Counted from the first letter of the stretch, positions 48,472 to 57,823 are shown. The stretch: 64,000 bases of DNA from an uncultured SAR86 cluster bacterium (GCA_902616715.1 CACMTR010000004.1:117053-181052), one strand, 5' to 3'. The notes: a model not told the origin generated them from the letters alone. Made by a program: numbers and translations.

Positions 48472-51087
48472 TTATCTTCTTTTTCTTTTCGCTTTCGCTT
48501 TCATGCGTCTCTGCCTTCTGTTACCTTCTGTACTTAGATTAGTTTGGTTGTCATTAGGTTCTAATTTATTTTCTAATAATGAAGCAAAAGAATCTTTCTT
48601 TGATTTTGTTTTATTAATTAAATCCTCTCCTCTCTGATTATCATCAGTTGAAGTTTCGGAGACTTCTACTTTTGTTAAAAATCTGACAGATTCAGATTTG
48701 ATTGTTTCTAAAAGTTTTTCAAACATCTCAAAAGCTTCTCTTTTATATTCTAGTCTGGGGTCCTTCCCTGCGTAGCTTCTGAAACCTATATTTTGTCTTA
48801 AGCTCTCTAGGCTATTAATGTGATTTTTCCATGATTGATCTATAACTTGCAGAACTATCTGTTTTTCGATTTGAATGAAAACTTCTTTTTTTTCATTTCT
48901 TTTTGACAAGTATTTTTTTGAGACAAGATCAAGAATCTCATTTTTAGATTCACTTAGATCAGTTTCATTTTTTTCAAAAATATTAGTAAAATTTATGTCA
49001 ACATCATATTCATTTTTATATAGTTTATTCAATTCTTCACTTTTCCATTCAGATTCCAGGCCAGTTTCAGGAATTAGTTGATCAAACTGATAGGACAAAA
49101 CATCTTCGATCATTGAATCTATTAATTCGTTAATTTCTATACTGTTAAGAATTTCATCTCGTTGCGAATAAATTATTTTTCTTTGTTCATTAAGCACATC
49201 ATCAAACTCTAAAATCCTTTTTCTAATATCAAAGTTTCTTCCTTCAACTCTCTTTTGAGCTCTTTCAATAGCATTAGTTAGCATTCTATGTTCTATGGCT
49301 TCTCCTTTCTCCATGCCACCCATGGAAGTCATTAAGTTTTTTATTCTTTCTGGAGCGAAGATTTTCATCAAAGGGTCTTCTAAAGATAAAAAGAATCTCG
49401 AAGATCCTGGATCCCCTTGTCTACCACTTCTTCCTCTTAATTGGTTGTCTATTCTTCTAGACTCATGCCTTTCAGTACCTATGACGTGTAATCCACCTAA
49501 TTTTTTTATTTCTTGCCTTTCTTCGTCAGAAGAATCTAATCCTCCTAGAACAATATCTGTTCCTCTTCCAGCCATGTTAGTAGCAATCGTAACTGCTCCT
49601 AACTTACCTGCTTCAGAAATTATTTGAGCCTCACTTTTATTTTGCTTGGCATTCAGAACATTATGATCAATGTTTAAGGCATTTAACTTATTTGAAATTA
49701 CTTCAGAATTTTCAATAGAAATGGTTCCTATTAAAATTGGTCTTTTTTTTGCGTGCATTGATGAAATTTCCTCGACTACTGCCTCAAATTTTTCATCTAA
49801 AGATAAATAAATTTTATCTTCCATATCATCTCTAATCATGGGCATGTTAGTTGGTATTGAAACAGACGAAAGGCCATAGATTTCTTCAAATTCTGTCGCT
49901 TCTGTTTTGGCAGTACCGGTCATTCCAGAAATTTTTTCAAATAATCTAAAAAAGTTTTGAAAGGTTATCGAAGCAAGTGTTTGACTTTCCTGCTGAATTT
50001 GAAGATTTTCTTTCATTTCAAGTGCTTGGTGAACGCCTCCCGATAGTCTTCGACCGGGCATAGGCCTTCCTGAATTAGAGTCGATTAAAACAATTTTATT
50101 ATTTTGTAAAATGTAATCAGTATTTTTCTGGAAGAGTAAATTTGCTCTCAAGATGCAAATTACCATATCAAGTAATTTTAAATTTTTACTTGAATAAAGA
50201 TTCTCGTTTGATGCAATTAAATTTAATTCTCTTAGTTTTTCTTCAATCTTTTCATGACCTTGATTAGTAAGTTCTATTGAGTTTGATTGAAGATCAATGA
50301 CGTAATCTCCCTCCTGAGAAGTTTCATTTGTTTCAACGTCAATAATTTCTTCGTTAAGAGATTTAGGAACATTTTTCAACTTTAAATACAAATCTGCATT
50401 ATCTTCTGCAATCCCGCTTATTATTAAAGGAGTTCTTGCCTCGTCTATCAAAATTGAGTCAACCTCATCAATGACAGCAAAATTTAAACCTCTTAAAGTT
50501 TTATCTTCTTTTCTGATGAGCATGTTGTCCCTAAGATAATCAAAACCTATTTCATTATTTGTCACATAGACAATATCCTTTTCATAGATAGTTTTTCTCT
50601 CGGCTAGATTCAATTCAGAAGAGATAAATCCTACCGACATTCCTAGGCCTTCGAAAATTGGACCCATCCATTTAGCATCTCTTTCAGCTAAGTATTCGTT
50701 TGCGGTAATAACCAGAACGCTTTTTTTCGTCAATGCATTAAGATAACAGGGGAGTGTCGCAGCAAGAGTTTTACCTTCTCCAGTTGCCATCTCGGCGATA
50801 CTACCGTTATGCAAAATAATCCCCCCTACAATTTGACAGTCATAATGCCTCAGCCCAATATTTCTTTTACTTGATTCTCTGACAGCAGCGAAAGCCTCAG
50901 GTATTAATAAATCTAAGTTCTGTTCTTGCTCGAAAGCATAGATCAGATCTGATGTTTTTTGCTTTAAATCATTATCCGAAAGTTTTGAAAATTCTTCTTC
51001 GAGAGAATTTATTTCTGTAAGGTAGCTATTGGCTATCTTTAAGCTTTTGGTATCTTTGTTTCCAAAAATTTTGCTTAGAAAAGACAT
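48472..51087 (-). CDS. secA: Preprotein translocase ATPase SecA
   Basis: 871 aa with MATGEGKTL, DEVDSILIDEARTPLIISG and TNMAGRGTDI. The basic C-terminus has no Cys. Confidence 0.96.
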   Translation of the reverse strand: MSFLSKIFGNKDTKSLKIANSYLTEINSLEEEFSKLSDNDLKQKTSDLIYAFEQEQNLDLLIPEAFAAVRESSKRNIGLRHYDCQIVGGIILHNGSIAEMATGEGKTLAATLPCYLNALTKKSVLVITANEYLAERDAKWMGPIFEGLGMSVGFISSELNLAERKTIYEKDIVYVTNNEIGFDYLRDNMLIRKEDKTLRGLNFAVIDEVDSILIDEARTPLIISGIAEDNADLYLKLKNVPKSLNEEIIDVETNETSQEGDYVIDLQSNSIELTNQGHEKIEEKLRELNLIASNENLYSSKNLKLLDMVICILRANLLFQKNTDYILQNNKIVLIDSNSGRPMPGRRLSGGVHQALEMKENLQIQQESQTLASITFQNFFRLFEKISGMTGTAKTEATEFEEIYGLSSVSIPTNMPMIRDDMEDKIYLSLDEKFEAVVEEISSMHAKKRPILIGTISIENSEVISNKLNALNIDHNVLNAKQNKSEAQIISEAGKLGAVTIATNMAGRGTDIVLGGLDSSDEERQEIKKLGGLHVIGTERHESRRIDNQLRGRSGRQGDPGSSRFFLSLEDPLMKIFAPERIKNLMTSMGGMEKGEAIEHRMLTNAIERAQKRVEGRNFDIRKRILEFDDVLNEQRKIIYSQRDEILNSIEINELIDSMIEDVLSYQFDQLIPETGLESEWKSEELNKLYKNEYDVDINFTNIFEKNETDLSESKNEILDLVSKKYLSKRNEKKEVFIQIEKQIVLQVIDQSWKNHINSLESLRQNIGFRSYAGKDPRLEYKREAFEMFEKLLETIKSESVRFLTKVEVSETSTDDNQRGEDLINKTKSKKDSFASLLENKLEPNDNQTNLSTEGNRRQRRMKAKAKRKRR

Positions 51088-51097
51088 TCTTTAAAAT

Positions 51098-52018
51098 TTA
51101 ACCGGAACTAGGATCAATAATTGGTTCAATATATTTTATTTCAGGCGCGTCTCCGTCTGAAGAGATTAACTCCCAAGTATCTGGAGATTCTTGTAATTTT
51201 TTTAATAATAAATTGTTTTGTGTGTGGCCAGACTTATAGCCTTCAAATTCTCCAATAATATTGTATTGAAGCAAATATAAGTCTCCAACCACATCTAGGA
51301 TTTTATGTTTGACAAACTCATCTTTTGATCTCAAGCCTTCTTCATTGATAATTCCATCTTCTCCAATGGCAATAGCATTTTTTTCGCTAGCTCCTAACGC
51401 AAGGTTTTTATCCTTAAGCATATTTACCTCTTCCATAAAACCAAAAGTTCTTGCTCTCGATATTTCTTTTAAATAAGTTGTGGAATTGAAATCAATAGTT
51501 GATTTACTGGAGTACTGTTTATGTTTGTCGTCGTCGTAAACTAACGAGTAAGTAACTTTAAACCCATCGTAAGGAGATAATTTTACAAATGCTCCATTAT
51601 CAGTTTCAACGGATATTTCTTCTTTAATTTTGATGAATTTTTTTGGTTTAGTTTGTTCCTTTATACCCGCAGACTGAATAAGAAATACAAAAGAGCTAGA
51701 ACTTCCATCCATAATCGGAACTTCAACATCATCTATTTCAATAATTGCGTTATCTATACCTAAACCTGCAAAAGCGGAAAGCATATGTTCAATTGTTGAA
51801 ATCTGAACTTCTCCTTGCATCAAAGTAGTAGCAAGAGTGGTCGCTCCAACATTATTTACAATTGCTTTAATTTCAACCGGTGGGCTGAAATCAACTCTTC
51901 TGAAAATAATTCCTGTGTCTTCTTCAGCAGGCAAAAGTTTAAGAGAAATTTCTCTGCCAGAATGAAGCCCAATGCCCACAGCATTTATCGAATTAGTCAA
52001 TGTTCTTTGAACTAGCAT
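51098..52018 (-). CDS. lpxC: UDP-3-O-acyl-N-acetylglucosamine deacetylase
   Basis: 306 aa with QRTL....GIGLHSG, STIEHMLSA and HKILDVVGDL. Confidence 0.95.
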   Translation of the reverse strand: MLVQRTLTNSINAVGIGLHSGREISLKLLPAEEDTGIIFRRVDFSPPVEIKAIVNNVGATTLATTLMQGEVQISTIEHMLSAFAGLGIDNAIIEIDDVEVPIMDGSSSSFVFLIQSAGIKEQTKPKKFIKIKEEISVETDNGAFVKLSPYDGFKVTYSLVYDDDKHKQYSSKSTIDFNSTTYLKEISRARTFGFMEEVNMLKDKNLALGASEKNAIAIGEDGIINEEGLRSKDEFVKHKILDVVGDLYLLQYNIIGEFEGYKSGHTQNNLLLKKLQESPDTWELISSDGDAPEIKYIEPIIDPSSG

Positions 52019-52729
52019 TTATAATTCTCTCTGACGAAAAACTTCAAATAGAATAACAGAAGAAGCATTAGAAACGTTAAGACTTTCTAATTTTGCATCC
52101 ATAGGAATTTTTATCTTTTCCGAAGCCAATTCCTCTAAATTTTTTGAAACCCCATCATTTTCTGATCCAAATATAAGAGCTAAGCTTTTTTTAAAATTAG
52201 CCTCATAGAAATTCATTTCACTTTTACCTGAACAACTAAATATATTTACATTATTTTGAATTAGAAATTTAGCAACTTTTGCTAGGTTAGATACCGATAT
52301 CATAGGAATTACTTCGGTGGCGCCCTTTGATACTTCTCTGACGGTGTTAGTAAGACGACATGAATGCTTATTAGGAACGATAATTGCATCTACATTTACT
52401 CCGAGAGAAGTTCTAAAAATAGAACCCAAATTTTGTGGATCTTGAATTCTGTCTAAAATAAGAAAAAATAAATTTTTTTTATTGAAGATTAGATCTTCTA
52501 GAAAATTTATGTTCTTTATTTCTTCAGGATAAAAAGTCATTGATAGTCTTAGATCTTTCGTATCCGACTTAGACACGTAAACACCTTTTGCTTTGGCTGC
52601 ATCAATAATAGAACTTATTCTTTCAATTCCTCCTTTGTATTTAATTTCTAAAATCTTTTCATGATTTAATTCAATTAAAGTCTTAATGAAATTTATATCG
52701 GTTGAGGTAATAATTCTTTCTTTCAGCAT
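52019..52729 (-). CDS. rlmB: SpoU-family 23S rRNA 2'-O-ribose methyltransferase
   Basis: 236 aa with DRIQDPQNLGSIFRT and LIFGSENDGVS. It lies directly downstream of rnr, as in E. coli. Confidence 0.85.
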   Translation of the reverse strand: MLKERIITSTDINFIKTLIELNHEKILEIKYKGGIERISSIIDAAKAKGVYVSKSDTKDLRLSMTFYPEEIKNINFLEDLIFNKKNLFFLILDRIQDPQNLGSIFRTSLGVNVDAIIVPNKHSCRLTNTVREVSKGATEVIPMISVSNLAKVAKFLIQNNVNIFSCSGKSEMNFYEANFKKSLALIFGSENDGVSKNLEELASEKIKIPMDAKLESLNVSNASSVILFEVFRQREL

Positions 52730-54291
52730 TTCTTTAAATCTATACGTTTTCTAAAAATATCTACGGAGGTTATCCTTACTTTAATTGAGTCTCCTACGTA
52801 ATAATTTTCTTTTCTTCCTTTTAAAGCTTGAATTCTCTGATCTAATTTATATCTAATTCTTTTTCCACCTTTAAAAGAATTGACATGACAAAATCCATCA
52901 ATATTTAGCTTGTGAATTTTCACAAAGAATCCAAAATCAAAAACTGAGATAATTGTGCCTTTAAATTCCTCTCCGATATAATTTTCAGCGCATTTACATT
53001 TAAGAAACTTTTCCGCTTCCTTAGTAATTTTTTCTGCTTTTCTCTCCTTGTCTGAAATAATCTCAGAAATTTCAGCTACTTCATTTTTATTATAAAGAAA
53101 ACTAGAGTCATTACTCTTAATGTGTTCCCGAAGATAACCCTTTATACCTCTGTGCACGACTAAATCAGCGTATCTTCTAATTGGCGAAGTAAAGTGACAA
53201 TATTTATCAAGAGCTAATGCAAAATGATCGCTATGACTAGAGTCATACTTTGCGAGTTTCATACTTCTTAGAATTTGAAGGTTGATTATTTCTTCAAATT
53301 TCGTTTTTTTTGACTCTTCGAGCCAGCTGAGAATTGAACTTCTATAGTTGCTAGATTTCATATTTTTTTTGAAACCTCGACTCGAAAGAAATTCTTTCAA
53401 GTCTGTTATTTTGGAAAGATCTGGTTTTTCATGAAATCTAAAAATTGTAGGAATTTTTCTTCGAAGTAAAAAATTAGCAGCGCAAATATTTGCAAGAATC
53501 ATGCATTCTTCTACAACTCCATGATATTCGTTTCTAATTATTTTAGAGAATTTTAAAATTCGGTTTGCTTTATCTGAGATTGGCCTGGTTTCAGAAAGAT
53601 TAAACTCAATACTGTTTCTCCTCTGTCTTTTAAGCTTTAGAGCTCGATATATTTTTTCTAAATTATTTAAACTAGTTTCAATTTTTTTATCTAACTTATT
53701 TTTTGGTTTTGAAAAAAGAGGGCCTAGACCTTCATAAGTAAGACGGGCTTTGGATGTTATAATTGATTCACAAAATTCGTAGTCTTTTATTTCTGCATCT
53801 TTGGTAAGGTCAATGACACAAGTTATCGTATATTTTTTTTCATTCGGATTAAGAGAACACCTCCCGTTTGATAACAATTCTGGCAACATAGGGATCACTT
53901 TATTTCTAAAGTAGATCGAGGTGCCTCTATTCAAAGCTTCAATGTCTAGTGATGAATTTTTTTTTACATATTCAGATACATCTGCAATTGATACGAATAG
54001 TTTAAAACCAGAAGGGGTTTCCTCTGCATAAAGAGCATCATCAAAATCTTTTGCACTTTTACCGTCTATTGTTACGAAAGATTTACTTGTAAAATCAACT
54101 CTGGAAATAGAGGAATCGGGCACCTCCTCTTTTTTAATTTTGTTAATCTCTCTAATTGTTGATTTGGGCCAAGTCTCTGAAACGTCAGTTCTCTCTAAAG
54201 CTAGCTCAGTGGAGAACTCAAAAGGATTATTGAATTCATAACTTATAAATGAATTTTTTCTTTCATTTTTTTTCTTAGTCATCTTATGCAT
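52723..54291 (-). CDS. rnr: RNase R / RNase II-family 3'-5' exoribonuclease, short form (RNB + S1 only)
   Basis: 522 aa. RNB motifs are AKDFDDALY, HFALA..YCHFTSPIRRYADLVVHR. The C-terminal S1-like block is GTIISVFDFGFFV. There is no room for N-terminal cold-shock domains. Confidence 0.85.
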   Translation of the reverse strand: MHKMTKKKNERKNSFISYEFNNPFEFSTELALERTDVSETWPKSTIREINKIKKEEVPDSSISRVDFTSKSFVTIDGKSAKDFDDALYAEETPSGFKLFVSIADVSEYVKKNSSLDIEALNRGTSIYFRNKVIPMLPELLSNGRCSLNPNEKKYTITCVIDLTKDAEIKDYEFCESIITSKARLTYEGLGPLFSKPKNKLDKKIETSLNNLEKIYRALKLKRQRRNSIEFNLSETRPISDKANRILKFSKIIRNEYHGVVEECMILANICAANFLLRRKIPTIFRFHEKPDLSKITDLKEFLSSRGFKKNMKSSNYRSSILSWLEESKKTKFEEIINLQILRSMKLAKYDSSHSDHFALALDKYCHFTSPIRRYADLVVHRGIKGYLREHIKSNDSSFLYNKNEVAEISEIISDKERKAEKITKEAEKFLKCKCAENYIGEEFKGTIISVFDFGFFVKIHKLNIDGFCHVNSFKGGKRIRYKLDQRIQALKGRKENYYVGDSIKVRITSVDIFRKRIDLKKC

Positions 54292-54303
54292 TATAATTCG
54301 TAA

Positions 54304-54792
54304 ATGACCAAAAGATTCAGCACGCCAGATTTTAGTGATAAATACTCTGATTCACTTGCCATTAATATTCAGTTTCGTAGTTTTGGTAAAAAAGAGTATT
54401 TTTGTGGTCAAGTAAAAACCGCACAATGTCCGGAGGATAATAGCAAAGTAAAGGAAATATTGAGTCAAGATGGTTCGGGACAAGTTCTTTTGGTAGACGG
54501 CAATGGAAGTTCCAAGGTAGCTCTTTTGGGCGATATGATTGCAAAACAAGCTATTGAGAATTCTTGGGAGGGAGTGATAATTAATGGTTGTGTTCGTGAT
54601 GTAGAAATTTTAAAAGTACTTTCGCTTGGAATTTTCGCCATTGGTTCTTGTCCGGTGAGAAGCAATAAGAAGGATAGGGGTACCTTAGGTCAACCAATTG
54701 AAATTGGAGGTATTTTAGTTGAAGAGGGTTCTTGGATTTATGCTGATGAAAGTGGCGTGCTTGTTTCTAAAGTAAAATTGGGGGATTCTTGA
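54304..54792 (+). CDS. rraA: RraA-family protein (RNase E regulator / HMG-CHA aldolase fold)
   Basis: 162 aa with GQVLLVDG, ALLGD..A and GVIINGCVRD blocks. Confidence 0.85.
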   Translation: MTKRFSTPDFSDKYSDSLAINIQFRSFGKKEYFCGQVKTAQCPEDNSKVKEILSQDGSGQVLLVDGNGSSKVALLGDMIAKQAIENSWEGVIINGCVRDVEILKVLSLGIFAIGSCPVRSNKKDRGTLGQPIEIGGILVEEGSWIYADESGVLVSKVKLGDS

Positions 54793-55154
54793 AAATTTCC
54801 TTCAATTGGATACTCTTAACATTAGGGTTTTATTTTGTAATTTCAGTTTTTCAAATTACTGCTGTCACAGATTCTTTAATATTCATATTTAATATCAAAA
54901 ATACTTTTTTTGAAGGAGTAACTTTCATAGTTTCAATTTTTTTAACATTTACTCCAGTAGTTGGACCTATTCTTGGGATACTTGGTGCAACCTTGGTTTG
55001 GGGCTGGAACATACTTTTTGCAATTATTCTATTTTTTTGGCCTTATGTATTTTTATTTTTGGGTATGATTTTCTCTCCAAAAATAAAAACAGAAAAAAAA
55101 GGAGAAAAAGAAAAAATTATTGATGCAGAAATTGTTGAAGAAGAAAAATTTTGA
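54789..55154 (+). CDS. Hypothetical small membrane protein
   Basis: 121 aa with TTG start overlapping the rraA stop. It has three or four hydrophobic helices and a charged KE-rich tail. No family recognised. Confidence 0.5.
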   Translation: MKISFNWILLTLGFYFVISVFQITAVTDSLIFIFNIKNTFFEGVTFIVSIFLTFTPVVGPILGILGATLVWGWNILFAIILFFWPYVFLFLGMIFSPKIKTEKKGEKEKIIDAEIVEEEKF

Positions 55155-55163
55155 ATTTGTAAT

Positions 55164-55547
55164 TTACTTAAGCTCTTGTCCCATATATTTATGAATAAGC
55201 TCTACGGCTTGCAATGGTCTGAGCATAACTTTAAATTCGGTAATTTTCCCATCGTCATTCCAAGAGATAATATCAATTCCATTTATTTTTATTTCATTTA
55301 GAACCAGTTCAAATTCTAAACATGCAAGTTTGGCAGATTCAATTTCTTTAGTATATTTGAAGGATTCATCAGCGAAAACAATTGCTGCGGCAGATAAATA
55401 TTTTTTTGTTATTTCTTTTCCTGCTTGAGGTGAAAAAACAACCGGAGAATAAAAAATACAATCTTTGTCAAGGATATCATCTAATAGATTCATGTCGCCA
55501 CTCTCTACAACTTGATGCCATATTTTCATTGGACTAGTTAATTTCAT
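55164..55547 (-). CDS. NTF2/SnoaL-like fold protein
   Basis: 127 aa. The size and pattern (W...V..GD...L..IL..D..F.SP ... W.....KI.E) are typical of SnoaL/DUF4440-type proteins. The call is by resemblance only. Confidence 0.5.
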   Translation of the reverse strand: MKLTSPMKIWHQVVESGDMNLLDDILDKDCIFYSPVVFSPQAGKEITKKYLSAAAIVFADESFKYTKEIESAKLACLEFELVLNEIKINGIDIISWNDDGKITEFKVMLRPLQAVELIHKYMGQELK

Positions 55548-55555
55548 AGGTTTTT

Positions 55556-56803
55556 TTAAATGTCTTTTATAAAATCATACACTGCATTAGCACAACCTTT
55601 AGGATTTTCTATTACATTAAAATGCGCTGATTTTGGTATAAGCGCAAAAGTATGGAATTTTGCAGTGGGTATAAGTTTCAATTTTGAATATCCGTCTTTG
55701 AACTCAATAAACTGCTTTTCTTTTTTTCCGGTATCTTGACCGACACAGTCAGGATAAATATCTTCGACTTCGTTTTTGAATAGGTTATAAATTCCAAAAT
55801 ATGGTTGATCCGAAATCAATTTCCCATTTCTTCCAAATTTGAATTCGTCTTCCCCTTGGAACTGCATTAATCTTATATCTAATTTCTTGAGTTTCGCTCT
55901 GTTAAGAACTTCTTTTTTTACATTAGTTTGAAGCATAGTCTGTCTAAATTTTAGAAGATATTTTTTTGAGGGGTTGTTTGCTTTATATATCAAGTGCGTA
56001 AGTCGATCATATTCTTCACTCCCTTTCTTTGCGGCTTTTAAATGTTCGGAAATTTCACTGATAGCTAGGGGAAATTTGAAAAAAGTTATCAGGAAAAAAA
56101 TAAATCTCACTTGATGAGGAAATGTAAAAAAGCTATGAGGAGGACCCACGCAAATCATTGGTGCCAATTTCGCCCACTCTTCTTTATAAAAATCCCAAAC
56201 TTGAGATCCCCTACTTAAGCTTAAAAAAATTTTAGAATTTGAAATTAAAAGATTTTCAAAAACCACCACACCTCTATCGTGTGCAACAAAATGTGCTTTT
56301 TTAAGATTTAACTTTATAAAAATCTTTAAAGTTGCTTCTGCTTGGGCTTCATGACTGAATTTAGGGTCAACATTAACCTTTTTTTGATTTATTTCTCTAT
56401 TGAAAGGCAACAATTGTCCATTGAACTCAGCAAATTTATTTTGGGCTAGATTAATTTTTGAATACTCTTCATAAAAGGGTAAATGAAAAATATAAACCAA
56501 AAGTGCGCTGTCTTTTTTACACAGTTCAGCTGCCATCCAACTCATAGATTCACTCGAGTCAGTAGGAGCTCCTCCCATCATAACTATTGTATTTTCTTCT
56601 GAAGCATTGGTATTGCCACACTTTAAGACAAAATGCTCAAAGCCTTCAATAGATACATACTGACGAGATATTTCGATACCAAGAGGATTTATAATTTTTC
56701 CACTTTCTCTATAAGCACAAATTAATGAAATTAAGATCTTTTGAAAAAAAAGAAGGGCTTTAGCTAAAAATATAAAAATAGTTTCTAGAAAAATTTTTAT
56801 CAT
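55556..56803 (-). CDS. Membrane-anchored alpha/beta-hydrolase-fold protein with Asp nucleophile (epoxide hydrolase / dehalogenase-like)
   Basis: 415 aa with an N-terminal TM helix. The oxyanion region is MMGGAPT and the nucleophile elbow is FVAHDRGVVVF (Sm-x-D-x-Sm). The C-terminal SAHFNVIENP is the catalytic His block. It has a large cap insertion. Confidence 0.6.
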   Translation of the reverse strand: MIKIFLETIFIFLAKALLFFQKILISLICAYRESGKIINPLGIEISRQYVSIEGFEHFVLKCGNTNASEENTIVMMGGAPTDSSESMSWMAAELCKKDSALLVYIFHLPFYEEYSKINLAQNKFAEFNGQLLPFNREINQKKVNVDPKFSHEAQAEATLKIFIKLNLKKAHFVAHDRGVVVFENLLISNSKIFLSLSRGSQVWDFYKEEWAKLAPMICVGPPHSFFTFPHQVRFIFFLITFFKFPLAISEISEHLKAAKKGSEEYDRLTHLIYKANNPSKKYLLKFRQTMLQTNVKKEVLNRAKLKKLDIRLMQFQGEDEFKFGRNGKLISDQPYFGIYNLFKNEVEDIYPDCVGQDTGKKEKQFIEFKDGYSKLKLIPTAKFHTFALIPKSAHFNVIENPKGCANAVYDFIKDI

Positions 56804-56813
56804 TTTAAAAAAA

Positions 56814-56889
56814 TGGAGCTGGCGATTGGATTCGAACCAACGACCGCCTGATTACAAATCAGGAGCTCTACCAACTGAGCTACGCCAGC
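56814..56889 (-). tRNA. tRNA-Thr (anticodon UGU)
   Basis: The reverse complement folds as follows: acceptor GCTGGCG/CGCCAGC, anticodon stem CCTGA/TCAGG with loop TTTGTAA, T arm GTTGG-TTCGAAT-CCAAT. CCA is encoded. Confidence 0.93.
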
Positions 56890-56909
56890 TAAGAAAATTG
56901 ATTATATAA

Positions 56910-57704
56910 CTATTCTTTTATTTTGAAAGAAAGTTCTCCCGAAGAAATTAGTTTTTCTTCTTTATCGATCTCTACTTTTAATCTTCCTTCTTCATCTACT
57001 TCTTTGACCTTACAATCTTTACCTTTAAAATTTTCTGAAGTTAGTATTTTATTTTTTAAATAATTATTTTGATTAAATGGTTTTTGAAAATGAGAAAAGC
57101 CGTATTTCTCATAAGTTCTAGAATAATCTATAATTTTTGAAGTTAGTTTTCCTATTATCAGATTCCGATCAAAACTTTTTTCTCCGTCAATTAACTTTAG
57201 GGAAGTCCAATCCTGATCTATTTGATCATTGGAGTGCATAAAAACATTGATTCCTATGCCGATGACTATCTTAAGTAAATTATTTTCATATTTAGTTTCA
57301 ATTAGAACCCCACAAAACTTTTTATGATCAAAAAAAATGTCGTTAGGCCATTTTATTTTTGAATCTATATCATAAAGCTCACTTAGAGTATCTCTTATTG
57401 CCAAACCTACCATTAAACTGAAGCCATTAAGTTGAGAATTCTTTTCTAATTGGAAAGATAATGACAGATATATATTTTGCCCTGTTGGGCTTTCCCATTT
57501 TTTATTCCCTCTTCCCTTGCCTTTATTTTGTTTTTCTGCAGTGCAAACATAAAGTGTATTTTTATCACTTATTAAATCTGATAAGTATCTATTTGTTGAG
57601 TCTATTTCTTCAAAAATAAGTATTTTTACCTTACTGAAATCTTTTATACGTAAAAACGAATTTATAATTTTCTTATTTAATGGGTTTTGATTGACATCTT
57701 TCAT
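56910..57704 (-). CDS. birA: Biotin-[acetyl-CoA-carboxylase] ligase, group I (no DNA-binding domain)
   Basis: 265 aa from the internal Met (MKDVNQ...). It has EEIDSTNRYL, GKGRGNKKWESP (the GRGRxGRxW biotin loop) and KWPNDI. The first 42 codons of the track ORF are antisense to tRNA-Tyr and were discarded. Confidence 0.88.
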   Translation of the reverse strand: MKDVNQNPLNKKIINSFLRIKDFSKVKILIFEEIDSTNRYLSDLISDKNTLYVCTAEKQNKGKGRGNKKWESPTGQNIYLSLSFQLEKNSQLNGFSLMVGLAIRDTLSELYDIDSKIKWPNDIFFDHKKFCGVLIETKYENNLLKIVIGIGINVFMHSNDQIDQDWTSLKLIDGEKSFDRNLIIGKLTSKIIDYSRTYEKYGFSHFQKPFNQNNYLKNKILTSENFKGKDCKVKEVDEEGRLKVEIDKEEKLISSGELSFKIKE

Positions 57705-57719
57705 TTGTAGCAAGAGAAT
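57691..57719 (+). promoter_or_regulatory. Candidate sigma70 promoter for tRNA-Tyr (TTGACA-17-GAGAAT)
   Basis: The consensus -35 TTGACA is at 57691-57696, followed by a 17-nt spacer and GAGAAT at 57714-57719, about 12 nt upstream of the tRNA. It overlaps the birA start codon on the other strand. Confidence 0.45.
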
Positions 57720-57731
57720 AAGCGTCCAATA

Positions 57732-57815
57732 TGGAGGGGTTGGGGAGCGGTCAAACCCAGCTGACTGTAAATCAGCCGCTTCGGCTTCGCAGGTTCGAAT
57801 CCTGCCCCCTCCACC
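57732..57815 (+). tRNA. tRNA-Tyr (anticodon GUA), long variable arm
   Basis: Acceptor is GGAGGGG/CCCCTCC. The anticodon stem is GCTGA/TCAGC with loop CTGTAAA. It has a long variable arm. The T arm is GCAGG-TTCGAAT-CCTGC. CCA is encoded. Confidence 0.95.
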
Positions 57816-57823
57816 ATATTTTT

